DNA from: Ostrea edulis
Lineage: Eukaryota
Direction of reading: 5' to 3'
DNA: 64,000 nt
Assembly: GCF_947568905.1 (NCBI RefSeq)
Contig: NC_079171.1
Span: forward strand, 44,826,001 to 44,890,000
Numbering within the stretch: position 1 is the first letter of the stretch; every line of letters starts with the position of its first letter. Positions 52,387 through 64,000 of the stretch are shown here, one piece after another. The notes beneath the pieces are model-generated. The model was not told the origin of the DNA and made no database searches. It saw nothing but the letters and a program-made list of their open reading frames with translations. Position numbers and translations under genes: made by a program.

Positions 52387-55300
52387 CATCGTGAATTGAA
52401 TGTAACTATTCACAAAGGAAGATAATGAAGTCTTAGGACAAACAAGGATTATTATGCCTTGTTCACGATGTCCTTCACATACACTGACTGTACACGCACT
52501 GAAAAATAAAGACCTTCAACTCGGAGGGCATACAAGAATTATTATGCCTTGTTCACACTTGCCCTTTATATCAACTGAATGTAAACAATATTCACACGCA
52601 ACTAGTATTGACCCATCAAAATACACAGATTTTGGTGGGATGCGTGTTTTCTGTGTGGTCGGTGTTTGAATATAGGTAGGCTTATTACCTGTGTAGTGAT
52701 GTTGTTGGGGTTTTGTGGTTAACGCTCTCGGGAGTCCGTGGTCGTTGTGATGTGAGGATTCAAGCTGTCATTCGCTTCGGTGTTGTTTGGTCTGTTTATT
52801 GCCTGTTGTTTGTGTGGTCATCTTAACTACAGATTGCTCCGCTTGCTTGGTATGGATATGGGATTCGGGGCAAGCAACGACGGTGGCCATTTTTTTCATG
52901 AATTGAATGCAATTATTCACAAAGAAACATAATGAAGTCTTAGGACAAACAAGGATTATTATGCCTTGTTCACGATGTCCTTCACATACACTGACTGTAC
53001 ACGCACTGAAAAATAAAGACTTTTAACACCGAGGCCATACAAGGATTATTATGCCTTGTTCACACATGCCCTTTATATCAACTGAATGTAAACAATATTC
53101 ACACGCAACTAGTATTCACCCCTGAAAATACACAGAATTTGGTTGAATGCGTGTTTTCTGTGTGGTCGGTGTTTGTTTCAGTAGAGGCAGGCCGCTTTTT
53201 CATGAATTGAATGTAACTATTCACAAAGGAACATAATGAAGTTTTAGGTCAAACAAGGATTATTATGCCTTGTTCACTGATGTCCTTCACATACACTGAC
53301 TGTACATGCACTGACAAATAAAGACCTTCAACACCGAGGGCATACAAGGATTATTATGCCTTTTCACTCATGCCCTTTCTATGAATTGAATACAACTAGC
53401 ATTCTCACACTTGAAAATGTATCTAACTAGTATTAACACATGGAAATCAAACAAATAAAGAGGCCCAACACCAAGGACATACACAAGGATTATTATGCCT
53501 TGTTCACACTTGCCCTTTATATCAACTGAATGTAAACAATATTCACACGCAACTAGTATTCACCCCTGAAAATACACAGAATTTGGTTGAATGCGTGTTT
53601 TCTCTGTGGTCGGTGTTTGTTTCAGTAGAGGCAGGCTGTTGGCCGCTTTATCGTGAATTGAATGTAACTATTCACAAACGAAGATAATGAAGCCTTAGGA
53701 CAAACAAGGATTATTATACCTTGTTCACGATGTCCTTCACATACACTGACTGTACACGCACTGAAAAATAAAGACCTTCAACACCGAGGGCATACAAGGA
53801 TTATTATGCCCTTTTCACTCATGCCCTTTCTATGAACTGAATATAACTAGCATTCTCACAATTCAAAATGTATCTAACTAGTATCAACACATGGAAATCA
53901 AACAAATAAAGAGGCCATACACCAAGGACATACACAAGGATTATTATGCCTTGTTCACACTTGCCCTTTATATCAACTGAATGTAAACAATATCCACACG
54001 CAACCAGTATTCACCCCTGAAAATACACAGAATTTGGTTGAATGCGTGTTTTCTGTGTGGTCGGTGTTTGTTTCAGGAGACGCAGGCTGTTGGCCGCTTT
54101 ATCGTGAATTGAATGTAACTATTCACAAGGAAGATAATGAAGTCTTAGGACAAACAAGGATTATTATGCCTTGTTTACGATGTCCTTCACATACACTGAC
54201 TGTACACGCACTGAAAAATAAAGACCTTTAACACCGAGGGTATACAAGGATTATTATGCCTTGTTCACACTTGCCCTTTATATCTACTGAATGTAAACAA
54301 TATTCACACGCAACTAGTATTGACCCATCAAAATACACAGATTTTGGTGGGATGCGTGTTTTCTGTGTGGTCGGTGTTTGAATATAGGTAGGCTTATTAC
54401 CTGTGTAGTGATGTTGTTGGGGTTTTGTGGTTAACGCTCTCGGGAGTCCGTGGTCGTTGTGATGTGAGGATTCAAGCTGTCATTCGCTTCGGTGTTGTTT
54501 GGTCTGTTTATTGCCTGTTGTTTGTGTGGTCATCTTAACTACAGATTGCTCCGCTTGCTTGGTATGGATATGGGATTCGGGGCAAGCAACGACGGTGGCC
54601 ACTTTTTTCATGAATTGAATGCAATTATTCACAAAGAAACATAATGAAGTCTTAGGACAAACAAGGATTATTATGCCTTGTTCACGATGTCCTTCACATA
54701 CACTGACTGTACACGCACTGAAAAATAAAGACTTTTAACACCGAGGCCATACAAGGATTATTATGCCTTGTTCACACATGCCCTTTATATCAACTGAATG
54801 TAAACAATATTCACACGCAACTAGTATTCACCCCTGAAAATACACAGAATTTGGTTGAATGCGTGTTTTCTGTGTGGTCGGTGTTTGTTTCAGTAGAGGC
54901 AGGCCGCTTTTTCATGAATTGAATGTAACTATTCACAAAGGAACATAATGAAGTTTTAGGTCAAACAAGGATTATTATGCCTTGTTCACTGATGTCCTTC
55001 ACATACACTGACTGTACACGCACTGACAAATAAAGACCTTCAACACCGAGGGCATACAAGGATTATTATGCCTTTTCACTCATGCCCTTTCTATGAATTG
55101 AATACAACTAGCATTCTCACACTTGAAAATGTATCTAACTAGTATTAACACATGGAAATCAAACAAATAAAGAGGCCCAACACCAAGGACATACACAAGG
55201 ATTATTATGCCTTGTTCACACTTGCCCTTTATATCAACTGAATGTAAACAATATCCACACGCAACCAGTATTCACCCCTGAAAATACACAGAATTTGGTT

Positions 55301-58300
55301 TAATGCGTGTTTTCTGAGTGGTCGGTGTTTGTTTCAGGAGACGCAGGCTGTTGGCCGCTTTATCGTGAATTGAATGTAACTATTCACAAAGGAAGATAAT
55401 GAAGTCTTAGGACAAACAAGGATTATTATGCCTTGTTTACGATGTCCTTCACATACACTGACTGTACACGCACTGAAAAATAAAGACCTTTAACACCGAG
55501 GGTATACAAGGATTATTATGCCTTGTTCACACTTGCCCTTTATATCTACTGAATGTAAACAATATTCACACGCAACTAGTATTGACCCATCAAAATACAC
55601 AGATTTTGGTGGGATGCGTGTTGTCTGTGTGGTCGGTGTTTGAATATAGGTAGGCTTATTACCTGTGTAGTGATGTTGTTGGGGTTTTGTGGTCAGCGCT
55701 CTCGGGAGTCCGTGGTCGTTGTGATGTGAGGATTCAGGCTGTCATTCGTTTCGATGTTGTTTGGTCTGTTTATTGTCTGTTGTTTGTGTGGTCATCTTAA
55801 CTACAGATTGCTCCGCTTGCTTGGGATGGATATGAGATTCGTGGCAAGCAACGACGGTAGCCGCTTTTTCATGAATTGAATGCAATTATTCACAAAGGAA
55901 CATAATGAAGTCTTAGGACAAACAAGGATTATTATGCCTTGTTCACGATATCCTTCACATACACTGACTGTACACGCACTGAAAAATAAAGACTTTTAAC
56001 ACCGAGGGCATACAAGGATTATTATGCCTTGTTCACACATGCCCTTTATATCAACTGAATGTAAACAATATTCACACGCAACTAGTATTCAGACCTGAAA
56101 ATCCACAGCATTTGGTTGAATGCGTGTTTTCTGTGTGGTCGGTGTTTGTTTCAGTAGACGCAGGCTGTTGGCCGCTTTATCGTGAATTGAATGTAACTAT
56201 TCACAAGGAAGATACTAAAGTCTTAGGACAAACAAGGATTATTATGCCTTGTTCACGAGGTCCTTCACATACACTGACTGTACACGCACTGAAAAATAAA
56301 GATCTTTAACACCGAGGGCATACAAGGATTATTATGCCTTGTTCACACTTTCCCTTTATATCAACTGAATGTAAACAATATTCACACGCAACCAGTATTC
56401 ACCCCTGAAAATACACAGAATTTGGTTGAATGCGTGTTTTCTGTGTGGTCGGTGTTTGTTTCAGTAGACGCAGGCTGTTGGCCGCTTTATCGTGAATTGA
56501 ATGTAACTATTCACAAGGAAGATACTAAAGTCTTAGGACAAACAAGGATTATTATGCCTTGTTCACGATGTCCTTCACATACACTGACTGTACACGCACT
56601 GAAAAATAAAGACCTTTAACACCGAGGGCATACAAGGATTATTATGCCTTGTTCACACTTGCCCTTTATATCAAGTGAATGTAAACAATATTCACACGCA
56701 ACCAGTATTCACCCCTGAAAATACACAGAATTTGGTTGAATGCGTGTTTTCTGTGTGGTCGGTGTTTGTTTCAGTAGAGGCAGGCTGTTGGCCGCTTTTT
56801 CATAAATTGAATGTAATTATTCACAAAGGAACATAATGAAGTTTTAGGACAAACAAGGATTATTATGCCTTGTTCACTGATGTCCTTCACATACACTGTA
56901 CAAGCACTGAAAAATAAAGACCTTTAACACCGAGGGCATACAAGGATTATTATGCCTTCTTCACACTTGCCCTTTATATCAACTGAATGTAAACAATATT
57001 CACACGCAACTAGTATTGACCCATCAAAATACACAGATTTTGGTGGGATGCGTGTTTTCTGTGTGTTCGGTGTTTGAATATAGGTAGGCTTATTACCTGT
57101 GTAGTGATGTTGTGGGGGTTTTGTGGTTAACGCTCTCGGGAGTCTGTGGTCGTTGTGATGTGAGGATTCAAGCTGTCATGCGCTTCGGTGTCGTTTGGTC
57201 TGTTTATTGCCTGTTGTTTGTGTGGTCATCTTAACTACAGATTGCTCCGCTTGCTTGGTATGGATATGGGATTCGGGGCAAGCAACAACGGTGGCCGCTT
57301 TTTGATGAATTGAATGCAATTATTCACACAGGAAGATGATGAAGTCTAATGACAAACAAGGATTATTATGCCTTGTTCACGATATCCTTCACATACACTG
57401 ACTGTACACGCACTGAAAAATAAAAACCTTCAACACCGAGGGCATAAAAGGATTATTATGCATTGTTCACACTTGCCCTTTATGTCAACTGAATGTAAAC
57501 AATATTCACACGCAACTAGTATTCACCCCTGAAAATACACAGCTTTTGGTTGGATGTGTGGTTGGTGTTTCTTTCAGTAGACGCAGGCTGTTGGCCGCTT
57601 TATCGTGAATTGAATGTAACTATTCACAAAGGAAGATAATGAAGTCTTAGGACAAACAAGGACTATTATGCCTTTTTCACGATGCCCTTCACATACACTG
57701 ACTGTACATGCACTGAAAAATAAAGATCTTCAACTCGGAGGGCATACAAGGATTATTATGCCTTGTTCACACATGCCCTTTATATCAACTGAATGTAAAC
57801 AATATTCACACGCAACTAGTATTCACCCCTGAAAATACACAGAATTTGGTTGAATGCGTGTTTTCTGTGTGGTTGGTGTTTGTTTCAGTAGAGGCAGGCC
57901 GGTTTTTCATGAATTGAATGTAACTATTCATAAAGGAACATAATGAAGTTTTAGGTCAAACAAGGATTATTATGCCTTGTTCACTGATGTCCTTCACATA
58001 CACTGACTGTACACGCACTGAAAAATAAAGACCTTCAACACCGAGGGCATACAAGGATTGTTATGCCTTTTTCACTCATGCCCTTTCTATGAATTGAATA
58101 CAACTAGCATTCTCACACTTGAAAATGTATCTAACTAGTATTAACACATGAAAATCAAACAAATAAAGAGGCCCAACACCAAGGACATACACAAGGATTA
58201 TTATGCCTTGTTCACACTTGTCCTTTATATCTACTGAATGTAAACAATATTCACACGCAACTAGTATTCACCACTGAAAATACACAGAATTTGGTTGAAT

Positions 58301-61300
58301 GCGTGTTTTCTGTGTGCTCGTTGTTTGTTTCAGTAGAGGCAGGCTGTTGGCCGCTTTTTCATGAATTGAATGCAATTATTCACACAGGAAGATGATGAAG
58401 TCTAATGACAAACAAGGATTATTATGCCTTGTTCACGATATCCTTCACATACACTGACTGTACACGCACTGAAAAATAAAAACCTTCAACACCGAGGGCA
58501 TAAAAGGATTATTATGCATTGTTCACACTTGTCCTTTATATCAACTGAATGTAAACAATATTCACACGCAACTAGTATTCACCACTGAAAATACACAGAA
58601 TTTGGTTGAATGCGTGTTTTCTGTGTGGTTGGTGTTTGTTTCAGTAGAGGCAGGCCGGTTTTTCATGAATTGAATGTAACTATTCATAAAGGAACATAAT
58701 GAAGTTTTAGGTCAAACAAGGATTATTATGCCTTGTTCACTGATGTCCTTCACATACACTGACTGTACACGCACTGAAAAATAAAGACCTTCAACACCGA
58801 GGGCATACAAGGATTGTTATGCCCTTTTCACTCATGCCCTTTCTATGAATTGAATACAACTAGCATTCTCACACTTGAAAATGTATCTAACTAGTATTAA
58901 CACATGGAAATCAAACAAATAAAGAGGCCCAACACCAAGGACATACACAAGGATTATTATGCCTTGTTCACACTTGTCCTTTATATCTACTGAATGTAAA
59001 CAATATTCACACGCAACTAGTATTCACCACTGAAAATACACAGAATTTGGTTGAATGCGTGTTTTCTGTGTGCTCGTTGTTTGTTTCAGTAGAGGCAGGC
59101 TGTTGGCCGCTTTATCGTGAATTGAATGTAACTATTCACACAGGAAAATGATGAACTCTTAGGACAAACAAGGATTATTCTGCCTTGTTCACGATGTCCT
59201 TCACATACACTGACTGTACACGCACTGAAAAATAAAGACCTTCAACACCGAGGGCATACAAGGATTGTTATGCCCTTTTCACTCATGCCCTTTCTATGAA
59301 TTGAATACAACTAGCATTCTCACACTTGAAAATGTATCTAACTAGTATTAACACATGGAAATCAAACAAATAAAGAGGCCCAACACCAAGGACATACACA
59401 AGGATTATTATGCCTTGTTCACACTTGTCCTTTATATCTACTGAATGTAAACAATATTCACACGCAACTAGTATTCACCACTGAAAATACACAGAATTTG
59501 GTTGAATGCGTGTTTTCTGTGTGCTCGTTGTTTGTTTCAGTAGAGGCAGGCTGTTGGCCGCTTTATCGTGAATTGAATGTAGCTATTCACACAGGAAAAT
59601 GATGAACTCTTAGGACAAACAAGGATTATTCTGCATTGTTCACGATGTCCTTCACATACACTGACTGTACACGCACTGAAAAATAAAGACCTTCAACACC
59701 GAGGTCATACAAGGATTATTATGCCTTGTTGACACTTGACCTTTTTATCAACTGAATGTAAACAATATTCACACGCAACTAGTATTCACCCCTGAAAATC
59801 CATAGAATTTGGTTGACTGCGTGTTTTCTGTGTGGTCGGTGTTTGTTTCAGTAGAGGCAGGCTGTTGGCCGCTTTATCGTGAATTGAATGTAACTATTCA
59901 CAAAGGAAGATAATGAAGTCTTAGGACAAACAAGGATTATTATGCATTGTTCACGATGTCCTTCACATACACTGACTGTACACGCACTGAAAAATAAAGA
60001 CCTTCAACTCGGAGGGCATACAAGGATTATTATGCCTTGTTCACACTTGCCCTTTATATTAACTGAATGTAAACAATATTCACACGCAACTAGTATTGAC
60101 CCATCAAAATACACAGCTTTTGGTGGGATGCGTGTTTTCTGTGTGGTCGGTGTTTGAATATAGGTAGGCTTATTACCTGTGTAGTGATGTTGTTGGGGTT
60201 TTGTGGTTAACGCTCTCGGGAGTCTGTGGTCGTTGTGATGTGAGGATTCAAGCTGTCATGCGCTTCGGTGTCGTTTGGTCTGTTTATTGCCTGTTGTTTG
60301 TGTGGTCATCTTAACTACAGATTGCTCCGCTTGCTTGGTATGGATATGGGATTCGGGGCAAGCAACAACGGTGGCCGCTTTTTCATGAATTGAATGCAAT
60401 TATTCACACAGGAAGATGATGAAGTCTAATGACAAACAAGGATTATTATGCCTTGTTCACGATATCCTTCACATACACTGACTGTACACGCACTGAAAAA
60501 TAAAAACCTTCAACACCGAGGGCATAAAAGGATTATTATGCATTGTTCACACTTGCCCTTTATGTCAACTGAATGTAAACAATATTCACACGCAACTAGT
60601 ATTCACCCCTGAAAATACACAGCTTTTGGTTGGATGTGTGCTTTCTGTGTGGTTGGTGTTTCTTTCAGTAGAGGCAGGCCGGTTTTTCATGAATTGAATG
60701 TAACTATTCATAAAGGAACATAATGAAGTTTTAGGTCAAACAAGGATTATTATGCCTTGTTCACTGATGTCCTTCACATACACTGACTGTACACGCACTG
60801 AAAAATAAAGACCTTCAACACCGAGGGCATACAAGGATTGTTATGCCTTTTTCACTCATGCCCTTTCTATGAATTGAATACAACTAGCATTCTCACACTT
60901 GAAAATGTATCTAACTAGTATTAACACATGAAAATCAAACAAATAAAGAGGCCCAACACCAAGGACATACACAAGGATTATTATGCCTTGTTCACACTTG
61001 TCCTTTATATCTACTGAATGTAAACAATATTCACACGCAACTAGTATTCACCACTGAAAATACACAGAATTTGGTTGAATGCGTGTTTTCTGTGTGCTCG
61101 TTGTTTGTTTCAGTAGAGGCAGGCTGTTGGCCGCTTTTTCATGAATTGAATGCAATTATTCACACAGGAAGATGATGAAGTCTAATGACAAACAAGGATT
61201 ATTATGCCTTGTTCACGATATCCTTCACATACACTGACTGTACACGCACTGAAAAATAAAAACCTTCAACACCGAGGGCATAAAAGGATTATTATGCATT

Positions 61301-64000
61301 GTTCACACTTGTCCTTTATATCAACTGAATGTAAACAATATTCACACGCAACTAGTATTCACCACTGAAAATACACAGAATTTGGTTGAATGCGTGTTTT
61401 CTGTGTGGTTGGTGTTTGTTTCAGTAGAGGCAGGCCGGTTTTTCATGAATTGAATGTAACTATTCATAAAGGAACATAATGAAGTTTTAGGTCAAACAAG
61501 GATTATTATGCCTTGTTCACTGATGTCCTTCACATACACTGACTGTACACGCACTGAAAAATAAAGACCTTCAACACCGAGGGCATACAAGGATTGTTAT
61601 GCCCTTTTCACTCATGCCCTTTCTATGAATTGAATACAACTAGCATTCTCACACTTGAAAATGTATCTAACTAGTATTAACACATGGAAATCAAACAAAT
61701 AAAGAGGCCCAACACCAAGGACATACACAAGGATTATTATGCCTTGTTCACACTTGTCCTTTATATCTACTGAATGTAAACAATATTCACACGCAACTAG
61801 TATTCACCACTGAAAATACACAGAATTTGGTTGAATGCGTGTTTTCTGTGTGCTCGTTGTTTGTTTCAGTAGAGGCAGGCTGTTGGCCGCTTTATCGTGA
61901 ATTGAATGTAACTATTCACACAGGAAAATGATGAACTCTTAGGACAAAGAAGGATTATTCTGCCTTGTTCACGATGTCCTTCACATACACTGACTGTACA
62001 CGCACTGAAAAATAAAGACCTTCAACACCGAGGGCATACAAGGATTATTATGCCTTGTTGACACTTGACCTTTTTATCAACTGAATGTAAACAATATTCA
62101 CACGCAACTAGTATTCACCCCTGAAAATCCATAGAATTTGGTTGACTGCGTGTTTTCTGTGTGGTCGGTGTTTGTTTCAGTAGAGGCAGGCTGTTGGCCG
62201 CTTTATCGTGAATTGAATGTAACTATTCACAAAGGAAGATAATGAAGTCTTAGGACAAACAAGGATTATTATGCATTGTTCACGATGTCCTTCACATACA
62301 CTGACTGTACACGCACTGAAAAATAAAGACCTTCAACTCGGAGGGCATACAAGGATTATTATGCCTTGTTCACACTTGCCCTTTATATTAACTGAATGTA
62401 AATAATATTCACACGCAACTAGTATTGACCCATCAAAATACACAGCTTTTGGTGGGATGCGTGTTTTCTGTGTGGTCGGTGTTTGAATATAGGTAGGCTT
62501 ATTACCTGTGTAGTGATGTTGTTGGGGTTTTGTGGTTAACGCTCTCGGGAGTCTGTGGTCGTTGTGATGTGAGGATTCAAGCTGTCATGCGCTTCGGTGT
62601 CGTTTGGTCTGTTTATTGCCTGTTGTTTGTGTGGTCATCTTAACTACAGATTGCTCCGCTTGCTTGGTATGGATATGGGATTCGGGGCAAGCAACAACGG
62701 TGGCCGCTTTTTCATGAATTGAATGCAATTATTCACACAGGAAGATGATGAAGTCTAATGACAAACAAGGATTATTATGCCTTGTTCACGATATCCTTCA
62801 CATACACTGACTGTACACGCACTGAAAAATAAAAACCTTCAACACCGAGGGCATAAAAGGATTATTATGCATTGTTCACACTTGCCCTTTATGTCAACTG
62901 AATGTAAACAATATTCACACGCAACTAGTATTCACCCCTGAAAATACACAGCTTTTGGTTGGATGTGTGCTTTCTGTGTGGTTGGTGTTTGTTTCAGTAG
63001 AGGCAGGCCGGTTTTTCATGAATTGAATGTAACTATTCATAAAGGAACATAATGAAGTTTTAGGTCAAACAAGGATTATTATGCCTTGTTCACTGATGTC
63101 CTTCACATACACTGACTGTACACGCACTGAAAAATAAAGACCTTCAACACCGAGGGCATACAAGGATTGTTATGCCTTTTTCACTCATGCCCTTTCTATG
63201 AATTGAATACAACTAGCATTCTCACACTTGAAAATGTATCTAACTAGTATTAACACATGAAAATCAAACAAATAAAGAGGCCCAACACCAAGGACATACA
63301 CAAGGATTATTATGCCTTGTTCACACTTGTCCTTTATATCTACTGAATGTAAACAATATTCACACGCAACTAGTATTCACCACTGAAAATACACAGAATT
63401 TGGTTGAATGCGTGTTTTCTGTGTGCTCGTTGTTTGTTTCAGTAGAGGCAGGCTGTTGGCCGCTTTTTCATGAATTGAATGCAATTATTCACACAGGAAG
63501 ATGATGAAGTCTAATGACAAACAAGGATTATTATGCCTTGTTCACGATATCCTTCACATACACTGACTGTACACGCACTGAAAAATAAAAACCTTCAACA
63601 CCGAGGGCATAAAAGGATTATTATGCATTGTTCACACTTGTCCTTTATATCAACTGAATGTAAACAATATTCACACGCAACTAGTATTCACCACTGAAAA
63701 TACACAGAATTTGGTTGAATGCGTGTTTTCTGTGTGGTTGGTGTTTGTTTCAGTAGAGGCAGGCCGGTTTTTCATGAATTGAATGTAACTATTCATAAAG
63801 GAACATAATGAAGTTTTAGGTCAAACAAGGATTATTATGCCTTGTTCACTGATGTCCTTCACATACACTGACTGTACACGCACTGAAAAATAAAGACCTT
63901 CAACACCGAGGGCATACAAGGATTGTTATGCCCTTTTCACTCATGCCCTTTCTATGAATTGAATACAACTAGCATTCTCACACTTGAAAATGTATCTAAC
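52387..64000. repeat. Complex higher-order satellite array (~310-bp base monomer with two optional inserts), runs off the window end
   Basis: Monomer ...GAATTGAATGTAACTATTCAC...ACAAGGATTATTATGCCTTGTTCAC... repeated. A ~240-bp GT-rich insert recurs at ~52670, 54380, 55640, 57075, 60155 and 62485; a block at 60001 recurs at 62330 (2329-bp period). Confidence 0.95.

Noticed and set aside
52454-60157. Short ORFs in the satellite (52454, 54034, 56112, 56422, 59942)
   Set aside because: They are translations of repeat monomers and are broken in most copies.
52387-64000. CRISPR-like array (short palindromic repeat with intervening sequences)
   Set aside because: The intervening sequences are themselves repeated and vary from ~60 to >300 bp; there are no cas genes and the context is eukaryotic. 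It is a satellite.

Overview
Eukaryotic (animal) genomic DNA, very likely a Crassostrea/Magallana oyster. This is inferred from a Cg170-type ~166-bp satellite and pearl-like elements recognised from memory, not from a search. The first 33 kb hold two unrelated Polinton/Maverick (adintovirus-like) endogenous DNA viruses 1.28 kb apart. Element A (window start to 11280) is a right arm with penton, pX-like and pVII-like core proteins, major capsid and adenain protease. It then carries an accessory block: two degenerate HUH/Rep-like ORFs, a macrodomain, a RING protein, a GADD34/ICP34.5-like ORF, three Bcl-2-like paralogues and a CCHC knuckle protein, laid out on duplicated promoter and 3' blocks. 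Element B (12560-33076, 20,517 bp) is complete, with AGTAGT termini, ~154-bp perfect TIRs and a TACGTA 6-bp TSD. It encodes pPolB (one 132-nt intron, one in-frame stop), packaging ATPase, protease, capsid, penton, chromodomain integrase, a CARD-PC4-PC4 fusion, a TM-PC4 protein, a second GADD34-like ORF and two 5-exon spliced cargo genes. One spliced gene encodes a type-I membrane mucin-stalk protein ending in KKLF. The most notable signal is an apparent innate-immunity counter-defence toolkit carried by both proviruses. 33-52 kb is AT-rich host DNA with nested SINE, Harbinger, Kolobok-like and Helentron-like repeats plus OB-fold gene fragments. 52.4-64 kb is a higher-order satellite array with a recurring hairpin motif. 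All protein assignments are by-eye motif recognition; no database searches were run.
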